A stretch of 64,000 nucleotides of DNA from Octopus vulgaris. Its lineage: Eukaryota. The number at the start of each line of letters is the position of its first letter. The stretch's first letter is position 1. The DNA is taken from assembly GCA_951406725.2 (NCBI GenBank), contig OX597825.1, positions 55,738,001 to 55,802,000 on the forward strand, in the 5' to 3' direction. Under the pieces are notes generated by a model. It was given only the letters and a program-made list of their open reading frames with translations. It was not told where the DNA came from and ran no database searches. Positions 39,892 to 55,260 of the stretch are shown here, one piece after another. The position numbers and the translations under genes are program-made.

Positions 39892-40679
39892 GTCCATATC
39901 GTACACATACAAATCCACACACACGCACATAAACACACACGCTGAGAAACAAGCACGCAAGCAGAAAGAAAATAGAAAATATAAAAATACTGTCAGAATC
40001 CAATTGTTCCCACCACATTCTATGTCAAACTCTCCCTACATATACCTGTCTGCTTAATTATCTATCTATCTATCTTCTACCTCGTTACAGCTATTTACTA
40101 CTAATTGGACTGAATAATATGGGAGCTCAATATGCTGTAATCACGTACACTCGGCTCTTTGGCAGACGAAATAAAAGCAGAAACCATCACCAATGGATTT
40201 CTGATGTTACAAGCCGCGCGTTAATTTACGAGTGCTATTGCAGAAAAAAAGATGTCAGCTAACAATAATTTTTCTTCGAAGATTTCCTGAAGAAGAACAC
40301 ATTAGCCTGAAATATTGAAATACAAGGTGAAAGTACAAACTCTCGATTTGTATTAGTTTTTATAACTTGCTAAAGCTTTATACATATATATAAAAAAAAT
40401 ATTAAAAACATTTACATAGACAATGCTTCATGCAAACTATACTATTTTACTATAGACAGAAATGTGTAAAGAGCAATATTTTGTGAGTTTAAGTTTATAT
40501 CCCCAGCAAGTATGGCTGCCTGTTATGTACCATGATTTCATTGTTTGACGTAACTCTGTATCTTCATCGAGACACAAGCCTCCTTTCGATCCTCATTCTT
40601 ATATAATTGTAACATCGAGGACATAATAGTAGGGGAGAGACAGAGAGAAAGGGAGAGCTGACTATTCAGCTGATATTCA

Positions 40680-40810
40680 TGTAACGCTGAGCAGACTGGA
40701 ATAACGTGAAATGAAGAACTATGCTGAAGGATGCCATGCGCTGCTCTTTTCCCGAATCGAAACCACGATCGTTAAATCATGAGCACAACTCACTTCAAAG
40801 CCACTGTCTT
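40680..40810 (-). mobile_element. Decayed SINE family C
   Basis: GCTGAGCAGACTGGAATAACGTGAAATGAAG..GAATCGAAACCACGATC is the reverse complement of family C core and B box. Confidence 0.55.
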
Positions 40811-41253
40811 TACTTAGTGAGAATACATAAATAGATCTTATTTAACCTAGAATGCTCATATCAAAAACGTGTAAAGGGCGATATTTAGTTTGTTTACACA
40901 CCTAGATTTTCGTTAATCTAAAACGTGAAGATCAGAAATATGTAGAGGGCGATATAATAGGATTAGATGTTGGTTAATGTGAAGCGAGAAAACCTTTAGA
41001 AGTATTATCAAGTGTGCAATACTAGTGACATAATCTGTCTGTTATTTCCAAATGGTTCTTTTCCCCCCTTCTTCTAAACGGTTCCAGCCTCTACTATCTT
41101 TTAATTCAGCAAATCTACACACAATATGGGTGCTTTATCTTTCAAGTGGCAGAATAAAAAATGAGAAATTTGGTAAATGAGAACAATTATAGATAATGCT
41201 TGTGTAAGTATGTGCCTGTATCTTTGAACCTATGTGAATATATATATATATAA

Positions 41254-41292
<39 letters not shown>

Positions 41293-41327
41293 GATAGATA
41301 GATAGATATACATACATACATATACAT

Positions 41328-41369
<42 letters not shown>

Positions 41370-42559
41370 CATTGTGTTTATGTTTATGTGCTGTTATACG
41401 TGAAGATAGCAATGTATGTAGGTACACATATCACCGTGTGCGAATATCGCTTTGTGTATGTATGAACATTGTAGTGAGTCTAGATACCAAAATGTATAGG
41501 TATGAGTATGATTATTTGATATATATGTGTGTGTATGTGTGTGTGTGTGTGCGTGTGTGTGTGTATAACGGTGTGTGTGTATGGATATATGTATTTTATG
41601 TAGTCATCGTTTGTAGTTTATTTATTTCACATTTGTGAATGTGTGCATCCTTTCACAAGAATCTATGCGCTTCTGTAGGTGTGTCTCTGTTTCTATACGG
41701 GTATGAAGTAAGCAATACGTGTTGTGTTTGTATATATGCATGTATATGTTTACATATGTATATACATATACAGGTATCTCTGTATGTGTGTAAATACGTA
41801 TATGTGTGGCACGAGTAGCTGTATTTAAGGTAGATGTTCTGGTAATTCGCTTAATTATATTTACTTAGTTCCATCATTAAAACGTCTAGTTAGCAGTGAA
41901 AATAACGGTGTTTTTTATTCTTTTATTTCATAGGTTTACTGAGAATATAAAAACAGAGAGTTTTTATATTCAAAGACAGTGACTGTGTTCATGGAAAGAG
42001 ACTACAGGATAGAGACATATATGGAAAAAGAGACAGAAATTGAAAGAGAGAGACAAAAGGGGAGAGAGAGAGAGAGTCAAAGGGAGACACAGACACGAAG
42101 AGAGAAAGATACAATTGGATACAAAGATACATCATCATTTGTTGGGACTGTCACATCGATTAGAAGGTACTTTCGTTTCTGGGGTCATATGACAATAATA
42201 TCCTTAGACAAATTACCTTAGATCTCCCTGTCTGTATGTATCAGTATATTCCAGAATACGGTCACTTTATCATTTTCTAACCCGTTTATCGTAACTCCCT
42301 TCTCTGTAATAAATCTGTGCAACTTGTGTACTATCTGCAGTAGTGTTTCTTCTTCAGGATTGATTAAAAAAAATAGAGCCTGTCAAATATTAGACATTTC
42401 CATGGCTTATTTATCCCCCTACTAAATATCATATATATCATAACCTTGGATTTGTAAATAAACATATATAGTAGAAATAATTCGGAGTGTTTGCTGAAAG
42501 GTGAGGGAGGGAGACGTGCATGGAATGCGTGAATGCGTCAGATCACAGCATGCAAATGT

Positions 42560-42950
42560 AAGCCAGAGAATACAGATAGAAGACGGTACTTTCCATTGAA
42601 ATACAAAAGATGTGGCATCTTAAAACGAGAAATGTTCCTGTTATTGTAGGTGTCCTAGGTATGATAAAACAAGCAGTGCCAGAAACATCTAGATAATATC
42701 CCAGGAGAAGCATGTCTCAGAGGAATCCAAAACATTGTGCCGACAAGTACTGCCCACATCCTTAGAAAAACATTATCCATTTAAATGTCTGTGTTGTATT
42801 ACATGAAGATATTTCGCTACTACCCCTACGAATTTTCCTCTGCAAGCTTTCAGTCAAAGTCTAACATCTATTATACTTCACTCGCCCCAGGACGCTGGGT
42901 GTGTCTGTCTCTGTAAGTGATTGTAACAAACATGCAGATTAAAAATAGAA
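42560..42950 (+). mobile_element. R4/Dong-like LINE 3' end followed by (TAA)n
   Basis: LSIEIQKMWHLKTRNVPVIVGVLGMIK, frameshift, CQKHLDNIPGEACLRGIQNIVPTSTAHILRKTLSI* (stop at 42782-42784), then 3' UTR and (AAT)n. Confidence 0.8.
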
Positions 42951-42979
42951 ATAATAATTATAATAATAATAATAATAAC

Positions 42980-43015
<36 letters not shown>

Positions 43016-43969
43016 TTTATTATTATAATTGCTATCATCATCATCATCATCATCATCATTATTATTATTATTATTGAATATCCATCCACAACAATACCAT
43101 GACACCTCTACTATTATCATCCTTACCATCAAACACCTTTCATCTTAATCGCAACACTGGTGCACCACCGTCTCCACCACATAACCATACCAAAATCACA
43201 ACTACCATCACCATCGCCATAATGAACATGACCACCTCCCTATCACTCACTCAGTCGCTCTATTTCTCTCTCTCATCTCTCTCTCTCTCATCTTTCACAT
43301 CTTTCTCTCTCTCTTTCTCTCATCTTCTTCTCTCTCTCTCTCTGTTGACTATTTAAACCTGTGCAAATCAATATCTATAGAAAATATTATTGAGAAGATA
43401 GAAATTAGATAATAAAAGTGAAATTTGTTATAATCGAGAGCACAAAGATGATGTGTCAACGTCTCAGTCGGTGATGCGACCAAAGGTCTCACTCTTGTAG
43501 CGATTCTCTGAATTTATAGAATGGAAGTTAATTGTTTGTATTGGTTTCTTGAAAGTCTTCTTTGTTTGTGTATATGTGTGTGTGTATATATGTATGTGTG
43601 TATGTATGTATATATATGTGTATGAGTGAATATATGCATATAGACACATACACATATACATGTGTATGTACGTACATGTGTATATGTATATATATATATA
43701 TGTATATTTGTGTATATATGTATATACATATGTATGCATATGTGTATGTGTAAGTGTATATATGTATATGTGTATATGTGTGTATGTGCATGTATTCATA
43801 TATATGTGTGTGTTTATGCGTATATGTGTGTGTGTGAGTATATGCACGTGGGTATGTGTGTGTATGCATAAAGTCTATTTTTATGTACGCCTGTGTGTGT
43901 GTATATTTTATTATGCATATATACAAGCGTATTCGTTTGTCTATATATGTTTGTCTTTATGCATGGGCG

Positions 43970-44165
43970 GGTGGTAGCGTTGATAGCCTTGGCGGTGGAT
44001 CTCCGTCGTTCGATGTGGCGGATCAATAGTTTAACCAACTGAATTATCTGCTCATGAATTAACATGTAAATTACTGAGAATTCCACGGGAGTGTCATTCT
44101 CAAACAGAATCGGCACCGCACAGTGTGAGACAAAGCTGCACCCATTAGAATTACAGGCACAGTTC
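43970..44165 (-). mobile_element. Decayed copy of retroposon family D
   Basis: CTCCGTCG..CTGCTCATGAATTAACATGTAA..CTGAGAATTCCAC..GTGAGACAAAGCTG resembles the reverse complement of 18510-18685. Confidence 0.55.
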
Positions 44166-44284
44166 ACTTGACGGGCTTCTACGTAGTTTCCATCTAGCTA
44201 AATTTATTTCCAGGGTATTGGTTCACTCGAGGCTATGGGAAATTTAAAAATCTAAATTGCCTTAGATGCCATGCAATAGAATCG

Positions 44285-44383
44285 GGCTCTTTTGTTGAAG
44301 CGGTAAGTTACGGGGACGTAAACACACCGACGTCGGTTGTCAAGCGATGGTGAAGGACACACACACACACACAGAGACGCGCG

Positions 44384-44449
<66 letters not shown>

Positions 44450-44599
44450 ACTGGCTTCTTTGAGCTTCCATCTACCAATTTCTCTCACAAGGCTTTGGTC
44501 GGCCCGAGGCTATAGTAGAAGACACTTGCCCAAGGGGACTGAACCAGGAATCATGTGGCTCTTAAGCAAGCTGCTACTTACCACACAGCCACTCCTACG

Positions 44600-44602
<3 letters not shown>
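44285..44602 (-). mobile_element. SINE family B lacking its tail, with an expanded internal (CA)n
   Basis: GGCTTTGGTCGGCCCGAGGCTATAGTAGAAGACACTTGCCCAAG..TTACCACACAGCCACTCCT. Confidence 0.88.
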
Positions 44603-44648
<46 letters not shown>

Positions 44649-45676
44649 AAGTATGTATGTGTGTGTGTGTGTGTATGTATGTATACAAGTGTTTATGTAT
44701 ATGAATCTGTCTTTGATACGTACGACAATATTTTCATTTCCACATCCAGCCCATCAAACCCTCCCACTATCAGCCCGAACCATATTCTTCACTCTCACCA
44801 CGACTGCGAAGCCAAAACTCCCACCATCTCTTCCCTCTACCTTTTCCTCTCCTGCGCCTCCTCTTCCTCCGTCGCCGCCGCCATCTCTTCCAGGTTACTA
44901 TTTACCAGTTGGACTTATTGTTATATAACCAAGTTCAGCTCTGATAGAAAATAAAAATGAACTTAGAAATCTCGCAACAAAAATCGATTAAATTCCCCCT
45001 CCCCTCGTATTTGTTTTTATTCTCGTTATTTCATGTTGCATTTATTAAATCTGATGGATCACTAATTTACGCAACAACCTGCTCTCGCTTTCATTTCTTT
45101 CTCTATTACATCCCATTCTACCTCTCTCGCCATGTTTTATATCTCTTGCTTTCATTTTTCTCTCTTCCCTATATCCTCTCTCTTTCTACCCTCTCCATCA
45201 TACACACATGCAGGCACACAAAGACACACACACACACATATGTGTACACACTATCTCACTCTCTTTTTTCTTCCCTCTCTCTTTCATTCATCTTCTTCTC
45301 TATGTCTGAATCACTCTATAAACAAATATATTTAATACAAGCCTAAATCCTTTTCATCTAATTCTCTCTATCTCTCTGTGTGTTTTATCTCCCTCTCTTC
45401 TCTCTTTCCTCCCCCTTGCTCTCTTTCTGTTTACTCTCTGATCATTCGCAATACTCTCTTATAATGAGGTTCACCACTCTCTTAAACACACACACATATA
45501 TGGATATACATATGTGTATTTATAAATGTATATACTCACATATACCCCCCCACACACATATATAGATACATAAATATATATACGCACACACATATATATA
45601 TATACACATTTATAAATACACGCATACGTGTATTTATATATATATATACACGTATGCGTGTATTTATAAATGTATA

Positions 45677-45742
<66 letters not shown>

Positions 45743-48249
45743 TGTGTGTCTGCGTATACAAACACAGTTAAAACACACACAAAAGAGAGGAGATTAAGAG
45801 CTAAAGAGGCGATAAACATGTCTATAATATATGAAGTTAGACAAGTATAACACGTCGTGGAATAAACATGGAAATATGAAATTAAACGACACCAATAAAT
45901 GAATATGTACAATGAAAATAATGATGGCAATGAATGTGATAGTAGAGGATTAACTTTTTAGCTTATACGTTTTATTTAAACAAGGAGAAGGTAACCGAAA
46001 ATGGGAACGATACGAAAATTATGATGTATGTTTACATTGCAAGCTTAGTATAAAAGAGATCTCCGATCATAGATCATAATTCTACGAGAATGTAATTTTG
46101 ATCACTAATAATGTGTAACCCTTTTCTGACAGAGCCTAAAATATTTGTTTATATTGTTCGTGGTTCTCCCTCTGTCGGTTAAATGAAACCGAAAATCAAT
46201 GTCTAAGCACCAATTTAATTCAAACTACAATGTATTAAATAGCCAGATCGTAAATAACATGTAATCAATATGCTTACAATTTGTTCCGAAATATACAAAT
46301 GTCAACATGTCTTATTAAAAATATTACGAGGCCTACTTCCGAAACATATAACCCTTCTTGTGTTTAGTTTAATACATAAATTAGATTAAGAGGTTCCGAT
46401 TAATATCAATTTGTTGGACTTCTATGGGGTTACATCAAGTTCCAACAATAGGTGTACGCTTCTTACCATAAATCTATTTACAAACGACAGAAACAGGGTC
46501 GTATGCTTGAATCTGCACATAATTTTGAAAAATGCATGTAGCAAATCATTTGATGTCATAGTAACTCTTTTCACTGGTGATAAGTATCGCATTTTCTGTA
46601 TGAATCGACTAATGTTTAGTATGTTGATATAACACGAAATCACTTTCTCTAACATTTCTTTATTCGATGACAAGGTACAAGTTCTTCTACTGATGCTTAT
46701 TACTGAAGTTTTTAAATTTATGAGTGGATTCAAGATTGTATCGTCATATACTTTTTATTAGATTTACTATTTGGCTTTATAATGAAGATAATATCTAAGC
46801 AATTTTCAGTTCTTAAATTAGTATTGATAGTTACTATAAGAACGAAATTATAGTACATATTAATTAGATATTTTCAGAGTAAATCTGGCATGTGTTTGTT
46901 GATGTACTGAAAACACGGTTAACCCATCCTCTCGGTATAAGCCTATATCATGTGTAATGAATATACTTTTGAGTCTGTCAAAGATATGCAAACCGAGATT
47001 ACATAACTTTGTATTATTATATAGTTCTACTCTGACAGAACGAATTCGTGGGGTTTCACTCTTGACGTTATCTTAAGTTTTTTAAAGTTTTCTAGTTTAT
47101 ATAACGATGTTTATATGTCTTTTATATATATATATGTTGTTACATATATACGCGATATATATGTAGACATAGATAAGTGTAGTAATTTGGAAGAAGTGGA
47201 ATAAAATATGATAGTGCCGAATTACGGAAACTGAAATATTGAGAACTGCGATAAATCTTCAGACCACTTAAACGTCGAATGAGATATTTTCAGGAAGGGT
47301 TTCCACGTCAACAAACAAAAGCTGATACGGTTGAGGATTATATAACCAAATGATTGAACGAATTCCCCCACCACCACCACTTAACTTTTTACCAGAAACA
47401 TCCATACTCTCTTTATTTTTCCTTTCACAAACCCTGTTAATAATCAACACACAGTATAATATTTAATTTTTTAAATATTTCATTATGTAATATGCCCATT
47501 GCTGCTCTAACCTTTATGTTTTCATTACTTCAATTCAGTCAAATATCAGTTTATTGAAACCCTTAAACCAAAATACTTTTATCAAGTTCACCCAAGGGAA
47601 ACTGCTCATCTGTAACAACCATTATGAATATATAATAAGTTAAAATCCTTAACTTGATTTTATCCTCACCGTACAATACCAGAATGTTTAGACAACCACC
47701 CTGTGACTATTCATTGTACTTGTCTGCTAATCGTACTAAGCTTTGAGGCTTATCGTGTGACAGTTATTGAGCTTTAATAAATATAAACTTGAAGTTACGA
47801 TGTATAAGCTCTGTAAACACTTATTTCCACTATTATTTCATTCTATTTATATTCTGCTAGAAATATCTTGTTTTCCCTTGTAAATACCCACAATATATAT
47901 GTATACATACATACATACATATATACATACATACATACATACATACATACATACATACATACATACATACATACATACATACATACATTGTCAGTCTGAA
48001 TAAGCTTGGATTTTCAGAAAAAGAAATCAACCAACTGACTCGTGAATAAGAAATACAATCTGTAATCTGTAAGCGGAATAGTAAAACTAGGCAAGACTTT
48101 TCGCGGGTTTAAAATTTGACATTGTTTTCTTCATCTGCATTCCGGCAATGGAGTTTTGTATGTTTGTAAGAAACCACCTCTTTCTTCAATGAAAGAAATG
48201 ATATAATTAAAAACGGAAGGGAACACTTATATATGTATATATATATTTA

Positions 48250-48641
48250 TTTACCCGTTTACTAGTTTCAGTCATTTGACTGTGGCCATGCTGGAGCAAA
48301 TCGACCTTAGCCGAGCAAATCGACCCCAGGACTTATTCTTTGTAAGCCTAGTACTTATTCTACCGGTCTCTTTTGCCGAACCGCTAAGTTACGGAGATGT
48401 ACGGTTGTCAAGCGATGTTGGGGGGACGAACACAGACACGCAAACATATACACACACGTACATATATGTATATATATATATATATATATGACGGGCTTCT
48501 TTCAGTTTCCGTATAACAAATCCACTCACGAAGCTTTGGTCGGCCCGAGGTTATAGTAGAAGACACTTGCCCAAGGTGCTACGCAGTGGGACTGAACCCG
48601 GAACCATGTGGTTCGTTAGCAAGCTACTTACCACACAGCCA
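48250..48641 (-). mobile_element. SINE family B, near full length
   Basis: Reverse complement highly similar to 58284-58708 by eye. Confidence 0.92.
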
Positions 48642-49027
48642 GTCGTGTACCCGCGCGCGCGCGTATTGGCGTCTAAGGGTTTTTATTTCCCTGAAGTCAT
48701 TAAAATGAATACCAGTAATATACTTGTAACCGAAAAAATTTATTGCACACATTTGCTTCCAACCAATTTATAGCTTTGTGCTAATGCGAGAAATCATCAT
48801 CATCATCATCATTATCATTGTGTTGCTGTTGTTGTTGCTGTTGTTGTTGTTGATTATTGTTTCCATTTGATTATTGGCACAGCTCAGCTTACCAAATATA
48901 ATTCAGTGTGAGATATAAATCAATATTATAATAATGAAATAATTAAGTTACATATAAATATTTGATGAAATAAATTTGAAGCTGTTCATATCGCCGCCAT
49001 CTTTCTCCCTGATCTGACTCTGCAGCG

Positions 49028-49326
<299 letters not shown>

Positions 49327-49504
49327 GCTATTCTTGCTGTTGTGGTTTCTGTTTTTGTAGTGTCGGTTGTTTGCTGTGAACGATTACGTTTCCCAGTGGT
49401 TCACTTATAAATTTTCTTCTAGGATTACTTGATGAATACACTCACACACACATGCACACACACATATTCATATGTATGTTTGTGTGTCTGTGTGTGTATG
49501 CGCG

Positions 49505-49538
<34 letters not shown>

Positions 49539-49604
49539 ATTTTTACCAACCACTTTACCTGGGGTGTAGCAGAAAGCTAATTTGATCAATGCCGAAAACA
49601 TAGT

Positions 49605-49756
<152 letters not shown>

Positions 49757-50202
49757 TGTGTGTGTGTTAGTTTTTATTTTTGTACCATTCTTATTTGCCA
49801 TACAGTTGTGACAAGTGTGGTAGCAATAAGAGTTGTACTTCATTACATTGGTAACATTTGATACGCACGAATCATCAATTTTGGAAAACGGAAAAAGATT
49901 TGGAAAGCAAAGTACAAGCATATTTAAACAGACAGACACGATGATGAAGTTTAACGTTTTGAGAATGATAAACGAAAAAGGAAACGAAATGTCGAGAAAT
50001 AACAAATTACAACAGCAATAAAAACTGTATCACCACAAACAGCAGCAGCAAAATCAAAAAAGAAAACTAGGGAAAACGTATGGAAGAGGTGTGTCACAAA
50101 AGCCAGTACACCTTTGCTCGAAAACTTCCCCCGAAAATGTGCAAAGATGAAAGTTAAATAACCATGTTTTTCAAAATGATTAAAATAATAATTGTCACAC
50201 TG

Positions 50203-50284
50203 TAACATCTTTTATCCTTCACTTGTCCTAGAATGCTGGGTGTGTCTCGGCAAGTGATTGTAACAAATATGCAGATTAAAAGTA

Positions 50285-50286
<2 letters not shown>
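50203..50286 (+). mobile_element. Extreme 3' end of the same R4/Dong-like LINE as 42560-42950
   Basis: GCTGGGTGTGTC..AAGTGATTGTAACAAA.ATGCAGATTAAAA.TA is shared with about 42862-42950; followed by (AAT)n. Confidence 0.8.
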
Positions 50287-50364
<78 letters not shown>

Positions 50365-50366
<2 letters not shown>

Positions 50367-50920
50367 GCCCTGATGCAGTACCAGGCAGTGGCTCTCATGG
50401 CTTCTGATCTTAACTGATTGGAAGTGTTATCATGTACATTGTTTTGTCTTGGTATAAAACATGGGCTACAGCAAATATTCTGCTCAATACCACAGATTTG
50501 CTTGTCAGTTGTTTGACCTTAACCAGTTGAGCATGTCCCTTAGTGGCTGACGATATGTGCATCTCTGATCACGAGCAGAAGTAGTGGGGGAGCATCATAG
50601 CCATGTGTTGAGAGGGATTCTTTGGGGTTTGAATAGTTCACCTCTGGAAACATGGGTGGTTCTTTCAACATCCTTAAACAACCCTTATTCAGGGACCGTT
50701 TGAGCGGGATGGGCTACTCAACCTGAAGAAAATTCTAACTGGGCCCCACCTGCAAGGTCATGTGCTGTTTATCTTGATATGAGATCACCATGTCGCGCAC
50801 ATATGGTTGTGATGCATGTGCCTGGTGTACCTTTATCAGACGGGTAGTCATGATGGGTATATTGGGCTTCGTATATTTTACCCCAGTGTCACTTTGATGG
50901 CATGAACTGCTCTCTCACTC
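50365..50920 (+). mobile_element. ~550-bp TAA-associated non-coding element, copy 2 (most complete)
   Basis: Same termini as copy 1; long perfect (AAT)n on both sides. Confidence 0.92.
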
Positions 50921-50936
50921 AATAATAATAATAATG

Positions 50937-51028
<92 letters not shown>

Positions 51029-51748
51029 CATACTTGCTTTATTAGCCACAGGGGCATAGGTGAGGGAGACATATAGTAAGGAGGTGGTGATCTTTATGGG
51101 TTTAGACAAAAGAATTAGATGGAAACTTGACGTGTGGGGAGGAGTGCATGCTCGTTCGATGGGAGCTGTCACGTAGAAGTGGGTATCTTTTTATTTAAGA
51201 ATGAGGACAAAGAGAAAAGGCAAGGAAGAGTTCGAGCCCTACACGTCTATTTACAGGACAGAACATTAGTACACAGCTAGAAGAATCCCAAAGGTCATTG
51301 AATAAGCCATCAGTGTGAATCTCAACTCTTAGTTCGTAGTAAACATTTCCAGCACAATGTAGGAAACTGGTGAATGTTCAGATATTCTGCAACAACGTGT
51401 GATCGAGTGTGGTCTAAATGGGAAACCACGGTGGCTCTGCATCAAAGACAAAGCTATCTCACCAAAGTTATATTTTGTTAATGAAGCCAAGGAGAGGAAC
51501 CTCGAAAGGTTGGTGAGAGACAAGAAACCCGGCTTCCACGTGTCAAAATACTAAAGAATTAGTCATGACCATTTGTTCCAAAAAATAAAATTTAAAAAGG
51601 GAATGAAAACACAAAAAAACAAGTCGTCGGAAGTAGTGGAATTGGCAAAATTCTGCAATGAAGGTCATTGCTGCAGTTTTTGGTTCCACGAGACCATCAG
51701 TCGCGGCTCCGAAAGTAACCACAACGGACATCTGATACCTGTCAGCAA

Positions 51749-51807
<59 letters not shown>

Positions 51808-51891
51808 GTATGTGTGTTGTGCGTGCACGTACGTGTGCGCGCGCGTGCATGCGTGTGTGTCTATGTGCGTGTGTGTGTGTTTATTTATATA

Positions 51892-51975
<84 letters not shown>

Positions 51976-52841
51976 CACACACACATATATATATACATAC
52001 GCATATATATTTTATATATACATATACACACATACAAATATATCATCACCCAACACACCGTTATATATCCTTTTATATTACAAGTAATTTGTAGACATCG
52101 ATGTTGTTAAAGTTCCGATTCCGCCCTAAAAACTATTCCATCTTTGTTCACTTATATAGTGTGTCTAGGGGTACGTCATTCAATGTGACCTTCACTGTTG
52201 AAGACAGTACTACGAACAATGCATACATACATACGCACATACATACATAGAAGTCTATTTATGGAGTGAGACAGTATACAAGAGGAGATAAAGACTTGAC
52301 AACAATTTGTGTAAATACACACACACACACACACAAACTTTCTAATAACACTGTAATAAAAAAAGATACACATACAACTGTTCCCAACACAAATCAACAC
52401 ACATACGCAGCTGCAGACACATAATGTCGCACAGACAATTACACACACACAACAGATAAAAGTATCTAAAGAGAAAAGACACACACACACATACATACAT
52501 ACATACATACATACATACATACATACATACATACATACATACATAGGTACAGACATACAAGACACATGTTGAATTAATACCAATTCACAGCTGCTACCCA
52601 ACCATCCGTTCACCGATCTACACCTCCATATATCGACACAGTCCGTCCAACCACTCGGTAATATTGTTAACTGATTACATTTGTTATTCAATACCGTGAT
52701 ATTGTATTAATTTAGAAAGAAATATTAACGGTATTGTAGTAAATATTACAATGATTGCATAGATACGTATATGCACACACACACATAGACATAAATACAT
52801 TCATACCTATCTACGTACATATATATGTGTGTATGCGTGGT

Positions 52842-52888
<47 letters not shown>

Positions 52889-53246
52889 GTGTGTCTGTGT
52901 CTGTTTGTGTCTGTGTGTGTATGAATTTATATGTGTATATGTGTGTATTCATACCTACGCATATACAAGTATACATTCATCCACGAAATAAAACTATTTC
53001 TCAGCGAATGTATGAGATGATGGTGTCCTGCCTATTCATTTAGATTTCTTGACAAGGACCAAATGTATATGTGCAAGTTTGAATACATACATGCATACAT
53101 ACATACATACATACATACATACATACAAGTGTGTGTGTGGGGGAAAAACACAAATAGGTTGAGGTTCAACACAGCTGTTTCAAACGCGCTTTGTATTGAT
53201 GAAAAGATATATATATATATATATATCAACAATTGAGGGTAAATAT

Positions 53247-53317
<71 letters not shown>

Positions 53318-53454
53318 AATGGTGTCATTGAAAGGCAAAGGTGTCAGGTAATGCTGAATAAGTGCTATAGATAGACCATAGTTAAGTTCCAGGTTCGGTG
53401 ATTATGCGAATAAGGGGTTCAACGTTGGTCATATGCTAGTGTGTAAATAATTTT

Positions 53455-53833
53455 TTTTTTCGTAATGGGATAAAAAAAAACAACGCTGTGTAAATTTTAG
53501 AACATTTATAGATAGAAGATCTTACAGCTGTTTCCAAGATATTTATTATATCCCTTCATCGGATAGTATTGGATTTTACTCATAAGGTATTGGAATCTTA
53601 TATGTATACCATTCTGCCTAAAAAAAATTGATCTACAAATACAATATCCCTACATATCACACATCTATTTTCTTTGCTCCATCTCACTCTCTATTGTGTA
53701 TCTTATCTAAATTAACTCTTATTTAACCATCCTCGTACACTGACCCCGATGAAGGATAATAAACATCCTGGAAACAGCTGTAAAACCTTCTGTCTATAAA
53801 TGTTCTTGGTTTTTTAGCTCATTATGTAAACAA

Positions 53834-53835
<2 letters not shown>
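53455..53835. mobile_element. Inverted pair of Penelope-like terminal repeats with hammerhead-like motifs
   Basis: About 53499-53563 versus 53745-53806 are inverted; CCGATGA-AGGAT..ATCCT-G-GAA-ACAGCTGT-A; ends at (TA)n. Confidence 0.65.
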
Positions 53836-53878
<43 letters not shown>

Positions 53879-54155
53879 TGGCTAATTCGCAATTTTCAAC
53901 CTAAAGGCAAACTTATATGTATGTCACTAATGTGAACAAAGGCAATAATCAGCACCCGTATTGCTAGAAATAAGAAGGAAAACAATTCAATAGCCTATAG
54001 CTTTAGAGTTATTTTGATATACATACATAGTAAGTAGACAAACAGCATTAACACATTTAACTGAAGTTTTAAATAATACTTTAAGTTTCATATGCACAGG
54101 TAGATGACTACATCCTCAGACGTAGGGATTCAGAGTCTGTACGTCTAATTCTGTA

Positions 54156-54204
54156 CATCTGAAGATGTATGTACATATCTGTACCTATGAAACTTCAAGT
54201 AATG
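54156..54204 (+). ncRNA. Candidate minimal type-I hammerhead ribozyme with intact core (inverted degenerate partner at about 54077-54124)
   Basis: CAT-CTGAAGA-stem II (GTACA/TGTAC)-GAA-ACTT(C)AAGT-A-ATG; predicted GUA cleavage after 54201. Confidence 0.55.
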
Positions 54205-54284
54205 GAAAATCCTGATGCTCCATGTAAGTTCCCGTAAACTAGCTGTTTGTCATAAATGAATGATGGAGTAAGTATGAGGCTTTA

Positions 54285-54382
54285 AAAAATAAGTAATGGT
54301 GATGATTTATTCGACTGAAGGACTTCTAGGCGGTGCCCCAGCATGGCCATAGTGCAATAAATGAAGCAAGTAAAAGACAAAA
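54285..54382 (+). mobile_element. SINE family B 3' fragment
   Basis: TTCGACT..AGGCGGTGCCCCAGCATGGCCATAGT..TGAAGCAAGTAAAAGA. Confidence 0.65.
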
Positions 54383-54505
54383 CTTTTTATTATTAGTTTT
54401 TATTGTTAGATAGGTGTATATGTTTCTTTGCTTGCTTTCAGCAAATTTTTGTAGCGGATGGAGACGATGGTGAGTATGCGCGAGCACATGTGTGTGTTTG
54501 TTTAC

Positions 54506-54729
<224 letters not shown>

Positions 54730-55139
54730 GGGGGGTATGTGTTCAATAACATATACTACTTCTGATTTATATCAACCAGATTACTGTTGAAGCGTCTATG
54801 ATGTATGAACGCTACAATAATAAACTGGTTAAATGTTCACACAGACACGCACACACATATATATATATATGCATACGTTTGTACATGCATGCTCGTGTAT
54901 ATGTATGTATAATATATCTATCTATCTATCTATCTACCTTTCTATCTCTCTCTTTCTCTCTCTCTCTCCATATATATATATATATATATACATATATATA
55001 TACACATATATATACGCACATCTGTGCTCGTGTGAATATATTAATGTATTAATATACATTTATATATATATATATATATGTATATATATGCACATCTGTT
55101 GCTTGTATGAATATCAATGTGTAAATATGTATATATGGA

Positions 55140-55170
<31 letters not shown>

Positions 55171-55225
55171 GCACATCTGTTGCTTGTGTGAATATCAATA
55201 TGTAAATATGTATATATGCATGTGA

Positions 55226-55260
<35 letters not shown>

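Noticed and set aside
39620-39899. 8-bp TSD for the hAT MITE
   Set aside because: The flanks CTCTAGCT and GTCCATAT do not match.
46100-47900. Possible ancient Penelope-like coding debris (also about 29480-29860)
   Set aside because: Motifs are too eroded to support by eye.
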